DNA of 64,000 nt, taken from Chiloscyllium plagiosum. Taxonomy: Eukaryota. Shown in pieces: positions 25,181-37,616 of this stretch. The stretch lies in NCBI RefSeq assembly GCF_004010195.1, contig NC_057720.1:7491117-7555116 (forward strand). Direction: 5' to 3'. Under the pieces are notes generated by a model, which searched no databases, was not told the origin of the DNA, and saw only the letters and a program-made list of their open reading frames with translations. Position numbers and translations under genes: made by a program. Every line of letters starts with the position of its first letter. Position 1 is the first letter of the stretch.

Positions 25181-25939
25181 TAATTGGCTTTCAACATTAG
25201 CTCAGACACAATGCAGTAAGTCCACCCCATCATATAACTGCTGGTGAATACATACAGCATCAGGAGGAGGAAAGGATGTAAAAGGGGAGGACCAAACACA
25301 ACAACTGCTCACTTTTCCTAAAGCTTGTGAGAATAGTTCCCCTTTGCCGAAAGAAATCCTTTTTTGAACCACGACTTTGCCCTGCTTACAATACAAGTTG
25401 ATGTCACCACAGACCTAGTGGAACAGCTCCCACATGAGACAGAGAGAGAGAGTGTCAGGGAGGATCCTTTTGGCACCTCACTTTGTACACTCTGTTGGGG
25501 TGCAAAGAGGGAGAAAATTCACAAACTAATAGCAAAGTTTAAAATGCTATGTCTGTCCACAGTTGTCTTTGACAGAGTAATGGTTTAACCTCAGGGTCAC
25601 TTCAGCTGAGATTGAGAAGGAAGGTCCTTTGTAATGGTGCAGGAATTGAACCCACAGTCCTGACATTACAAACGCACCAGCCAGTCAACTGAGCCAACCA
25701 ACCCACCGGAATGTCAAGGAGAAGGGCTACATTTTCATCATACTAAAGGGGGGGACAATTGTATCCCTATCTCTGAGCCAGGAGGTCTGGGTCAAGTCCT
25801 GCCTGCTCCAGACATGTGTCATAACAACTCTGAACAGGTTGGTTTGAAAATACCTTCACTATAATGAGAAATGCTGAGGATCTGAAATAAAAACAGAGAG
25901 CTGGAGAAACTCAGCAGGTCTGGTAGAATCTGTCCAATG

Positions 25940-26157
25940 GGAGAAAGTGAGGACTTCAGATGCTGGAGATCAGAGTCAAGAGTGTGGTGCTGGAAAAGCA
26001 CAGCAGGTTAGGCAGCATCCGAGGAGCAGGAGAGTCGATGTTTCGGGCATAAGTCCTTTTACATTCTTGATGAAGAGGTTATGCCCAAAACATCGATTCT
26101 CCTGCTCCTCTGATGTTGCTTGACCTGCTGTGTTTTTCCAGCACCACAGTCTCGACA
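25940..26157. mobile_element. PLE family A fold-back element
   Basis: Inverted arms tgtggtgctggaaaagcacagcagg...cctgctgtgtttttccagcaccaca, flanked by tctgtccaat (25929 and 26161). Confidence 0.8.
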
Positions 26158-26171
26158 GCGTCTGTCCAATA

Positions 26172-26382
26172 TTAAAAATCACACAACACCAGGTTATAGT
26201 CCAACAGGTTTAATTGGAAGCACACTAGCTTTCGGAGCGACGCTCCTTCATCAGGTGATTGTGGATGAAGGAGCGTCGCTCCGAAAGCTAGTGTGCTTCC
26301 AATTAAACCTGTTGGACTATAACCTGGTGTTGTGTGATTTTTAACTTTGTACACCCCAGTCCAACACCGGCATCTCCAAATC
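26172..26382. mobile_element. PLE-like family B fold-back element, near-pristine
   Basis: Perfect 81-bp inverted arms at 26172-26252 and 26264-26344 with an 11-bp spacer. Direct repeat ctgtccaatatt at 26162 and 26383. Confidence 0.85.
26223..26257 (-). ncRNA. Minimal type I hammerhead ribozyme motif
   Basis: Minus strand reads CAC-CUGAUGA-A-GGAGC(GUC)GCUCC-GAAA-GC-UA-GUG: complete catalytic boxes, 5-bp stem II, palindromic loopless stem III (AGCU) and 3-bp stem I (CAC/GUG). Confidence 0.6.
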
Positions 26383-27117
26383 CTGTCCAATATTGGACTT
26401 GAAACATGAACTCTGTTTCACTATCTGTTCTACTTCACCGCCTGGCAGAAATGTCCTGACAATTATGAAAGGGATATTAAGGAAATGGTTTCCAGCTGTG
26501 AGAATGAGAAAGATATAAAGGATGAGCCGGTGATGAAAGATTTGTTTTTATTCACTCAAGGGAATTGAGCATCGCTGACTGGGTCAGCCTTCAGTTCTCC
26601 TTTGTGAAGGTGGTGGTGAGCTGCCTTCTTGAACCACTGCAGTCCACGTGCTGTAGGTAGACCCACAGAGTCAGCATTACATACACTGATATTCTCAGTT
26701 CAAAATAAAAAGACAAGAATTGGGAACGTATGGGCCTCAAAGCAGGGACAGCATCGGGAGATCGGATGTCGTACTGGATTGAAAACTTTTCTCACTACAG
26801 ATGCTGCCAGACCTGCTGCTTTCTCTAGATCCCTCTGTTCCGAACACATCTGAGAAGGGAGGTTGTTTTTGGCACCGAAAGTTGTGCAAACTGTCTGGGT
26901 GCAATAAAGGGAAATAAGTGAGAAACCAACAGCAAAGACTAACCTCATAAAGCTAGAAGGTCAAACAGAGAGAGAGTGACAGAGAGCACGATGCAGTTTG
27001 ATAAAATGCACTGGGGTAGGATGGGCTGACGAGAATAAACCCCCCAGTCATCCCTCGCAAAACACTGTCTTTCTTGTAGGAGGAAGCAAACTGTCGAGGC
27101 ATTGGAACAAGAATTAC

Positions 27118-27158
27118 ATAGGACTGGGTCGGATTCTTGCCCGTAGATTGGGTGGTCC
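27118..27158 (-). CDS. Candidate 41-nt exon
   Basis: Good acceptor gatttttcttttcaaattcag|GG and a weak donor TAT|gtaatt. All three frames are open. Confidence 0.2.
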
Positions 27159-27398
27159 CTGAATTTGAAAAGAAAAATCCCACACATTCAAGCCATTCCC
27201 ATTTAGAGAGCCAGGAGGGGGAAATAAGACAGGAAAGGTTGCTTCATGCTAAAGGAATGTCTTCAGCCAATTGCAGAAACAGTTGCCTCGCTGGCAGAAA
27301 AAGGTAGGTTTTGGCAACACAAGGAAGACATGGGGTTGCATTGAGAGTGCAGGGCTGTGGGGGGAGTCAGTTTCCAATTGCTTTGGTCACTGCTGGTA

Positions 27399-27615
27399 CA
27401 GGTCATTCTGCTACAACACGTGTTTCAACAACAAATTAGCTGTAACGCAATTGATGAATTGGGGACACTGTTTCTAAAATGCAGACTTTTAAAATGTGTG
27501 TTGGCTGTAACGCGATTACATAGCCAAAACTTTAAGTGCCGTTTCTAAAGCACGATTTTACTATAATGTGGGGTTGCACACGAACACAACCATCACGGTA
27601 TCGAAGAACGATCTG
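27399..27615. mobile_element. MITE, Tc1-mariner/pogo(Tigger)-like
   Basis: TA|caggtcattctgcta ... tcgaagaacgatctg|TA: CAG-initiated imperfect TIRs with a TA duplication. Confidence 0.65.
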
Positions 27616-27864
27616 TACTGCCATGTGACTTTCTCTGACACCTCCAGTGTCATTGTCCCTCTGATATTATCCACCCAACATGCCCCCCCACCCACATCCC
27701 CCACATCCTGTTCCCTTTAGAACTTGCTGCTTTCCAGGGGAGGTTTGCCCCATTGACTCAGTGCCTTCTCATGCGACAGTTACACCTTAGCCACGCTGTC
27801 ACCTCCATCCCATGGTCTGGACTGGAAGACACAGCAGCTTCTGTCGCAAAGTCCAACTTGTTAT

Positions 27865-28490
27865 GGAACATTGAACAGTACAGGCCCCTCGGTCCTCGAT
27901 GTTGTGCCAGCCTTTTATCCTACTGTAGAATCAGACTAACCTACATACCCTTCATTATACTGCACTATCTTCCATGTGCCTATCCAAGAGTCGCTTAAAT
28001 GTCCCTAATGAATCTGATTCTACTACCACTGCTGGCAGTGTATTCCACACACACACCATTCTCTGTGTAAGGAACCTACCACTGACATCTCCCCTGAACC
28101 TTCCACCAATCCCCTTAAAATTATGACCCCTCACGATAGCCATTTCCACCCTGGGAAAAAGTCTTTGGCTATCCACTCTATCTCTGCCTCTCAACATCCT
28201 GTACACCTCTGTCAAATCACCTCTCATCCTTCTTCATTCCAATGAGAAAAGCCCTAGCTCCCTCAACCTTTCTTCATAAGACATGCCCCTCCAGTCCAGG
28301 CAGCATAGAACATAGAACAATACAGCGCAGAACAGGCCCTTCAGCCCTCGATGTTGCGCCGACCTGTGAACTATTCTCAGCTCGTCCCCCTAACTATCCC
28401 AAAATCACTCATGTGCTTATCTAATGTGGCTGAGTTTACTACATTAGCAGGTAGGGCATTCCACACCCTTACCACTCTCTGCGTAAAGAT
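27865..28490 (-). mobile_element. Two adjacent CR1 LINE 3' ends
   Basis: ORF 27955-28227 reads RGDLTEVYRML...GHNFK...RFLTQRMVCVWNTLP. A second (AGAACAT) tail begins at ~28305. Confidence 0.88.
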
Positions 28491-29149
28491 CCTAGTAAGT
28501 CATCCTAGTCAATCTCCTCAGCATACAGAGATGAGGTTGGCTTCCTGGACTTTGTGTCAACAAACTACGTGAGAAGCTTGCATTTTTCACATGGCAAATA
28601 GTGAGGACAGCAGATGCTGGAGAGTCAGACTGGGTAAAGAGTGGATCTGGACAAAGCACAGCAGGTCAGGCGGCATCCTGACCCTGAAACGCCGACTGCC
28701 CTCCTCCTCTGATGCTGCATGACCTGCTATGCTTTCTCCAGCCCCACACTTTATCCACTTTCCACACAACGACCAGCAACAAAGTAGCACCTTTGAAGTG
28801 ATAGAATCATGGAGAACTACAGCATGAAAACAGGCCCTTCAGCCCAATGTGCCCATGCCACCCAGTTTTCACTATTAAATGAGCCCCATTTTCCTGTGTT
28901 TGGTCCATATCCCTCCATACTTATCCCATCCATGTACCTGTCTAGATGTTCCTTAAATGACAGTCAACATGAATGTAATTGGTTCTAGCCCTATATCAGG
29001 GCTTTGGTACATAAGATAGGTTGATACATTACAGACTTCCCAGAGAGAGAGAGAGGGAAACACTTTGGGCTGCCAGCTGTGTTTACACGTATTCCTTAAG
29101 ACTCCTTCATGTCATGTGTCCCCTGTTGCAGCTATTGTTCAGGCAGTAG

Positions 29150-29520
29150 AGCCTTATAAAATTCTAACAGGACTAGATGCAGGGAGGATGTTCCCGATGG
29201 CGAGAGTGGACAGAACCAGGGGTCACAGTCTGAGGATTCAGGGTGGGCCATTTAGGACGGAGATGAGGAGACATTTCTTCACCCAAAGAGTGGTGAGCCT
29301 GTGGAATTCATTACCACAGGAAGGAGTTGGTGCCAAAACATTGAATGTGTTAAAGAGGCAGCTGGATATAGCACTTGCGTTGAATGGGATCAAAGGTTAT
29401 GGGGGAAAGCAGGATTAGGCTATTGACTTTGAAAATCAGCCATGACTCTGATGAATGGCAGAGAAGGCTCAAAGGGCTGAATGGCCTCTTCCTGCTCCTA
29501 TCTTCTACGTTTCTATGTTT
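29150..29520 (+). mobile_element. CR1 LINE 3' end
   Basis: YKILTGLDAGRMFPM...RTRGHSLRI...HFFTQRVVSLWNSLPQ plus tail. Confidence 0.9.
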
Positions 29521-30551
29521 GTATTACTGCTCAGACCTAAGTACCCTAGAGAAGGCGCTGGTGAGGAATGTTCTTTCTAAGCTATGCAGGCATTGAGAGG
29601 TCGCTTGTAGGCCGATTGGGGTACACTGACTTCCACACGTGAAATGGTCCACACAGCAGAGGAAAAGAATAGGGGAGATATAAGTGGTGAGCTGTCTTCT
29701 TGACCACTGCAGTTCATTTGGTGTAGGGACACCCACAGTGTTGATGAGGAGGGAGTTCCAGAATTTTAGCCGGGGATCAATGAAGGAATAGTGGTATATT
29801 TCAGGATGGTGAGGGACTTGACTCAGCGTCAGGAAAAAATAAAATCAATTATCCCCCAACTATACATGGGAACTTGTTGCATGTACCCTTGCTGCTGGTT
29901 CTGACGATAGAATAATAGTAACTATACACTATTGAAGTAACTCATTGCCTTCAAACTACACAGGGTGCCTTGAGGATTTGAATGGCACTAATTTTTCCGC
30001 CGAGTGATATACATTGTGAAGTACTCTCCAGACATAAGCCAAGTACAGAAGGAATCCATATTTCCAATTATAAGATGAAATTTTACTCATTCAACCCCCC
30101 CTCCTACCCACAACATACTCCAATAAATCTTTGAAATCAGTCTAGCATTTTTATTTTGCAGTATTATAAACCATGCTAATCTTTCATCCCTCAAGCAACG
30201 TTTGAACACACTGCAGCACGCACGTTTGCAAAAACTAAAATGGAAGGGCTGGACTTAGTCAGCAGGTCTGGCTGTGTCTGTGGAGAGAGCTTCAGGTTAA
30301 TGATATGTCACACATTTGAAATCTTGTTGAACATCACTTCACCGGTATTTACCAACTTGTTTTGTTTTTGAGTGGCTGCTGGATGAGACTCTGAACCTCT
30401 GTTCTGCCCTGCCCAAGAGTTGGGAGTATTAGAAACCGATTGTAAAAGGGAGAAAAGAGAGAGATCTCCCCTCGACCCATGGTCAATGATTAACTCTCAA
30501 CCAACATCACAAAACAAACAGCATAATGTATCATCATCATCATCATTGGGG

Positions 30552-31265
30552 GTAGCACAGTGGCTCAGTGGTTCGCGCTGCTACCTCACAGCGCCAGGGG
30601 CCCAGGTTCAATTCTACCTTTGGCTTACTGTCTGTGTGGAGTCTGCTCGTTCTCCCTGTGTCTGTGTGGGTTTCCTCTGGGTGCTCCAGTTTCCTCCTGT
30701 AGTCCAAAGACGTGCAGGTTAGATGGATTTGCCATGTTATTTTTTTTTATTCATAGATTGAGGGTATCACTGGCTAGACTAGCATTTATTCTCCATCCCT
30801 AATTACCCAAAGGGCAGGTAAGAGTCAACCACATTGCTGTGGGTCTGGAGTCACATTTAGGCCAGACCAGGTAAGGATGGCAGCTTCCTTCCCTAGAGGA
30901 CATTCATGAACCAGATGTGTTTTTCCAACAATCATTTCATGGTCATCATTGGGCTCTTAATTCCAGACTTTTAAAAATTGAATTCAAATTCCACCATCTG
31001 CCATGGTGGGATTTGAACACGGGTCTCCCAGGACATCACCTGGGTCTCTGGATTAACAACCCAGCGATAATGTCACTAGGCCATCACCTCCCCAATTGCT
31101 CCATTGTGTCCAGGGATGTGCAGGCTAGGTGGATTAGCCATGGGAAATGAAGGGTTACAGGGATAGGGTAGCAAGTTGGGTCTGAACGGGATGGTCTTCG
31201 AAGGACTGGTATGAACCCCATGTGGACTGAATGGCCTGTTTCTACACTGTACGGATTCTCTGATT
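30552..31265 (+). mobile_element. HE1-type SINE split by a minus-strand SINE D insertion (~30740-31092)
   Basis: HE1 head and V-domain at 30552-30737 resume at ~31093 (aattgctcc...ggattagccatgggaaatg...). SINE D has a tRNA-like head (ggatttgaac...ggccatcacctccc). Confidence 0.8.
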
Positions 31266-31691
31266 ATAAGTATGTTGCTGGCTATGAGATCTTGCTTTGC
31301 ACAAATTAGCTGCCATGTTTCCTATCTTGCAATACCGACTAGCCTCAAGAGTTACAGTCAGGACATCTCAAGGCTTGTGGAAGTTGCTATGTTTCCTTTC
31401 CACCACTCCACACGCTAAGGGTCCTAGTTTTCCAAATATTCCTGTGCCAGACCCTCATGCAAAAGCATGGGCCGCACACATCTCAGAGACCTCCCCTCAC
31501 CCGAACAATAACACCAGCTCCGCAACAGGAAAACAGTGTGGCCATCCACACGAAACCGTGTCTCTGTTGGAGAGAATGGACTTGCTCTAACTAATGCTTC
31601 CTCCCAGAATTATGGGCAGTCTAGTGAATTTGGGGGTTAAGTGATGACTAGTCTTTCAAATCCAAGTAACACTCACTTCCTACTGCAACAA

Positions 31692-31882
31692 TGGCGTGGA
31701 GGTGCGAGTGTTGGACTGGGGTGGACAAAATCAGAAGTCACACGACACCAGGTTATAGTCCAAGGGGTTTGTTTGAAATCACAAGCTTTGTCAGGTGAAC
31801 TTGACAAAGGAGCAGCGCTTTGAAAGCTTGTGATTTCAAATAAACTTGTTGGACTACAACCTGATGTTGTGTGACTTCTGAC
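31692..31882. mobile_element. PLE-like family B fold-back element
   Basis: Inverted arms tcagaagtcacac...gtgtgacttctga, with a degenerate hammerhead box (gacaaaggagcagcgctttgaaagctt). Confidence 0.7.
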
Positions 31883-34382
31883 GAATTGCAACAATGTAGG
31901 AGGAAGAACACGGAACGAATTCACTTGCTATTTACTGGATCTCACTTGAGGAGATTCCGAATCTTGTTAAAATTCCACTGGGAAATGAAAGCTAAACACG
32001 CGGAATAAACATTTCAATCCTCAAATCAGGAATTGTGTCTGAATGCCAACATCACTTAACTCCATTGTAATAACGAGTCGGTGCAGCTATGGAAACAATC
32101 AGCCATTCAGAGGTACACACACCAACTCTCACGCTAAATAATTACACAAAGTGCTGGCACTTAAAGTAATGAAGGCTGATTTATTTGTGACTCCACACAC
32201 CAGTTACTTCCCCCCACTGCACTACTGCCCCCCCCCCCCCACCCACAAGCTTCCCCTCCTCCCCAGTCTCGTGCCCACAAGAGGCCATCGCCCTGTATTC
32301 AGGGTGACAGGGTCCCCAGCTAACCCGCTCAGCAACGCATACTCCATTCTACTCCCCAGCAAATGAAAGCAAAAGAAAAGGATTCCCAGTGAGTTTCCCG
32401 CACCCAATCTAAAACGCGGGTAATTTGCAGAGTTCTTAACCTGCAATTATCTCCAATAATAATGTAAATAAACCAATGTCGTTGTTTTAACTGCCTGCCT
32501 CAAAACGTTTGGCTGATTAAAAGGTCAAACGCAGCAACCAGGCAGGGTTATTTACGTTGATCGGTCTGCGCTCCAAACTGTGAAAGCTACTGCCTACCCG
32601 CCACTCAATTATTAAAAAAAAAGCAGTTAAACATTAAACATGGTGTACTTAAATGAGTCTAGCAATGCAGACGAGAGTATAAAAAGTGATGACTCCCCAC
32701 TGCATTCATGCCTTTGCTGGTGCCAATCTGTATAAATATATGTTTATTTGGACCACTTTCCTACTCTCAGTCCCAGACTCTTTCTTGATTTTGGAGTGTG
32801 GAATTGAACTGAATTAGCTTTTTTGTCAAGTGCAGTCAAACAAGGGCAATGAAGAGTTTGCAAATTGTCATTCATGGTGCCATCTTAGGTATAAAGTTAC
32901 CTAGATACAGATTATTCGTTACACTTCTTACGGAAAATAAATGAGAAAAATAAAGGAAGAAGGTCCAGCATTACAGATCGTCGGGATAAATGAGAAAATA
33001 GAGAAATGATATGTTCAGAACAACGTTCCTTCCAAACGAGTCCACACTGCCACCTAACTTCCAGTCCACGCCAGGCTTTGACTCCAATCTAACAGTGAGC
33101 AAAGGCATCTCAGCATGGTCTGGTACCATCTTCTCTTGATGTCCTCTTAATGCCAGCTGGGTCACAAATTGCCTACTAGTTTCTCTCACCTGGCAGCCAG
33201 AGACTGAGGAACATAAGAACAGGGGCAAAGGGGAAGGCAGGAGAACGGGGTTGAGAAACGTTGGTCATGATTGAATGATGCAGCAGACCGGATGGGCTGA
33301 ATAGCTTAATTCTGCTCCTACATCTTATACACTATTCACTCCCTTGAACCTGTTCCACTATTCAAACAGATCATGGTTGACCTGTCATCTAACTGTACAT
33401 ATAGCTGTCTTTGGCTCATGTCCCTTCATACGTTTACTTAACAAAAAAAAATCATGTCTCAGATTAAAATGACCAGCTAATTCAGCATCAACTGCCCTAT
33501 TTGGAGGAGAGTTCCAAACTGCGAACACCCTTCATGTGTGGAAGTGCTTTTGAACATCTCTCCTGCGCAGTCTGGCCCTAATTCTCAGACTTTAATTCTG
33601 GGGCTACTCTGAAGACCCGAGCACAAACTCCAGGCTCTGTATTGGTCGAACTGATGGGTCTGTTTCCACGCTGAACATCTCTATGGGCTGTTAGAGTGCT
33701 GAGAGACCATTGCATTGGAACAGGAGCCATCTCTCAGGTGAGATGTCAAATTGGGGTTTCTATTAGCCCTCTTTGTAAAAGATCCCACAGCAACACGTTG
33801 ACCAAAAGGGAGTTTGCCTCTTACAGTTTAGCTGCCACTGTTCCAAGTTCATAACAGAGGCAGCACTTCAAAAACAATCTCAGGAGCCTTCTGCAATCAT
33901 CGAAGTTGCTTTCTTTCTTTATTTTCTGTGTAATAGTTTGGCTTCTCCCAGTAACAGAAGGAGGTCAGGTGAGTGTCTTAGCTAATATTTTTGCCTAAGT
34001 GTTTATTGGCACAGTTCATGGGGAGAAAGGCAAAAGAAAAAGGGGTTTGATAATACAAGATTTTTTTAAAAAGTGGAGTAGCATTTGAGTGTGATTTGTT
34101 AGTGGACTCGGTCTGAGCGAATGTGCCAATGCTTTTCCTCAGGACTCAGAGACTGGAAGTGGAATGTGGACACACAGGATTTAGCATGACAGAGAGTCAC
34201 CCTCAGTTCCAACTAGTTATAGATATATTTCCAGTTCAGTTGGGAGTACAAGGGACTCCAATTTCAGAATGTTGAAAATAAAGGTAAAAGGCAATAAATA
34301 TAGAGAATTATATATAGAAACACAGCAGAATGTAATCAAAAGTTCAACACAAGCAAGTTTTGAGCAAGTAATCTTTCTCATA

Positions 34383-35478
34383 AAGTCATAAAGATGTACA
34401 GCATGGAAACAGACCTTTCGGTCCAACTCATTCATGCCAACCACATATTCTAAATTAATCTAGTCCCATTTGCCAGCATTCGGTCCATATCCCTCTAAGC
34501 CCTTCCTATTCATATACCCACCCAGATGCCTTTTAAATGTTGTAATTGTACCAGCCTCCACCACTTCCTCTGGCAGCTCATTCCATACATGCACCACCTC
34601 TGTGTAAAAACGTTGTCCCTTTTAAATCTTTCCTCTGTCTTTTTAAATCTATGTCAAGAGTGTAGTGTTGGAAAAGCACAGCAGGTCAGGCAGCATCTGA
34701 GGAGCAGGAGAACAGACGTTTCGGGCATAGGCCCTTTATCAGAAACCTTTCTTATCTGCTGTGCTTTTCCAGCACTACACTCTTGATTCTGATCTCCAGC
34801 ACCTGCAGTCCTCACTTTCTTCTACTTAAATCTATGCCCTTTAGGTTGGACTCTCTTACCCTGGGGAATAGATGTTGACTCTTCATCCTATCCAGGCCCT
34901 TCCTGATTTTATAAACCTTATAGAGTTCCTTATCAACTTCAGCCTCTGACAATCCAGGGATAATAGCCCCAGCCTATTCAGCCTCTCCCTGTAGCTCAAA
35001 CTCTCCAACCCAGGCAACATCCTTGTAAGTCTTTTTGAACCCTTTCAAGTTTCACAGTATTTTTCCAATAGCAGGGAGACCAGAATTGCATGCAATATTT
35101 CAAAAGTGTCCTAACCAATGTCCTGTACAGCTGCAACATGAACTCTTAACACCTATACTCAATGCAATGACCAATAAAGGCAAGCATACCAAACACCTTC
35201 TTCACTATCCTGTCTACCTGTGACTCTACTTTCAAGAGACTATGAGTCTCGTTTGGCAACACTCCCCAGGACCTTAACATTAACTGTGTAAGTCCTGCTC
35301 TGATTTGCCTTTCTAAAATGCAGTATCTTGCATTTATCTAAGTTAAACTCCATCGCCAATTGGCTCATCTGATCAAGATCCCATTGTACTCTGAGGTAAC
35401 CTTCTTTGCTGCCCACTACACCACCAATTTTGGTGTCATCTGCAAACTTACTAACCATACCTCCTATGTTCACATCCA
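34383..35478 (-). mobile_element. CR1 LINE ORF2 3' part, interrupted by a PLE family A fold-back (~34654-34825)
   Basis: RT motif SKFADDTKIGG (ORF 35240-35497). The PLE insert is flanked by ttaaatctatg. Confidence 0.9.
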
Positions 35479-36454
35479 ACACTGCGTGGGGAGACACGCA
35501 GAGAAAGACTCTTCAGGTGGGGGGGAAATCAGTTTCAAGGAAGTCTTATGTGATTTGCAAGTCTTATTTAAAAGTTCTGTGAAGTTCATGAGCAGACCAT
35601 TCTGCCCAACTGTTCTTTACATCTCTTTATTCAGCCTCATTCTATACCACACAGCCACCAAAGACCAATGAAGGTGCATTACTAGGGAGAGGTACCAGTG
35701 TATGCAGGACTGTAGCACTATGAGAGTCACTGTGTGTACAGAGCGAGGGAGGACAACTTTGTTCTCAGCACTGCACTAATGGGGCTCCTGGTGTTTTAGC
35801 TTGCTTAGGTCTCTGCTTGATATGATGCTTGACTTCTGGAGTAGAACTCAAACTGGCTTGACTTTTGGCTCTCACCCTGGACATTCTGAAATGAAAAGCA
35901 GCCAATAGTGAATGCATTTTGCCCTCTGTGAACTTCACAGCAAACCCCAATCTTATTTGCAATGAGCGCAGTTTCAACAACTTTGCTCCTGCATATATTT
36001 TTCAATCTTCTTCGATTCTTTTAAAAAAAAGGTCTTTTTCTGCCTCATTTACTCCAAAGTTTGGTCCTGCAGGGCATCCGTTATGAAGGTTTGCAAATGA
36101 TTTTTCATCAGCAGCTTGACAAACATGAAAATGCAAATTCTCAAAAGCTTGTCATTCTTGTTTGGCTTTGGATATGGTGATGATGGTGTCAGATAGTTGG
36201 ATCTTCACCAAAGGAGACAGTGGCCTTGCTATTCTCTCATCGGACCATTCCTGTTCAATAAACATCTTGCCGAAATGTGACCTAAATCATAATCATTTTG
36301 ACTCTGCCAACAAATTGGAACAAGGCAGGTTTGTGCTATATACTCTGCACCACTGAAGTTGATGGAGAACAAAATCAGGAACAGCACTAAATGGACCTTG
36401 AACCCACCCTCGCAAAGCCCCTGCCTTGGCTGGTTAGGTTAAAACAGTGAAATG

Positions 36455-37262
36455 CAGAAACACAGAAAATAATTGCAGGAGTAGGCCATTCAGCCCCCCG
36501 AACCTGCACTACCATTCAAGATGATCATGGCTGATCATGCTATCTCAGTATCCCTCTCCCCACACCCTCTGATCCTTTTAGCTGCAAGGGCCATGTCCAG
36601 CTCCCTCTTGAATCTATCTAATGAACTGGCACCAACAGCTTCCTGTGGGGGAGAATTCCACAGGTTCACAGCTCTCTGGGTGAAGACATTCTTCCTCATC
36701 TCAGTCCAGACTGGCTTATTCCTTATTTGTAGACTGTGACCCCTAATTCTGGATTTCCCCAACATCGGGAACATTCTTCCCACATCTAGCCTGTCCAGTC
36801 CCATCACAGTTTTATATGTTTCTATGAGAATCCCCCTCATTCTGTTAAATTCCAGCGAGTACAAGCCCAGTTGACCCAGTCTTTCCTCATCTGTCAGCCC
36901 TGCCTTCCCAGGAATCAGTTTGGTGAATCTTCGCTGGACTCCCTCAATAACAAGAATGTCCTTCCTCAGACTAGGAGACCAAAACTGCACATAGTACTCA
37001 AGGTGTGGCCTAACCAAGGCCCTGTATAACTGCAGCAAGACATCCTTACTCTGATACTCTGACCCTCTCACTATGAAGGCCAGTATGCCATTAGCTTTCC
37101 TCACTGCCTGCTGCCCCTGCATGCCAACCTTCAGCGACTGTTCCACCATGATGCCTTGGTCTCGTTGCACCTCACCTTTTCCTAAACTGCCACCATTCAG
37201 GTAACAATCTGCCTTCCTGTTTTTGTGACCAAAGTGGATAACCTCACATTGATCAACATTAT
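36455..37262 (-). mobile_element. CR1 LINE ORF2 C-terminal region (longest ORF in the window, 36535-37350) plus 3' UTR
   Basis: CEVIHFG...[19 protein letters not shown]...GVQRRFTKLIPG...RGHSL...FTQRAVNLWNS. 5'-truncated and lacking the RT core. Confidence 0.93.
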
Positions 37263-37616
37263 ATTGCAACCCATCCTCCGAGTGGCAGCTGCCTATTTGA
37301 CTGAGGCTAGGGCAAGGGTAACCAACCACTCTATCGCTCAGCCTGACCAATTACATTCTTCCTCTTCTGTTCGCTCCCTGAACGCAGCTCTCTCCCCAAG
37401 CCCCTTGAGCTCACTGAGGAGTTAGGTCTTGAAGCCACCCTGTTGTGGGATGTCTCACAGTTAGTATGCAATGTACCTTTCAGAAACAATATCATTGTAT
37501 GAGAGCAGAGGGTATAAAGGTGTCCAACTCCATGACTTGCTAATAAAAGTGTGATATCTTTAGTCTCCAAACAGCTTAGTATTTGCCCAGACCCTGACTG
37601 TGATATATAAAACATG

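Noticed and set aside
36535..37350. 271-aa ORF as a host gene
   Set aside because: It is the C-terminal part of CR1 ORF2, 5'-truncated and without the RT core.
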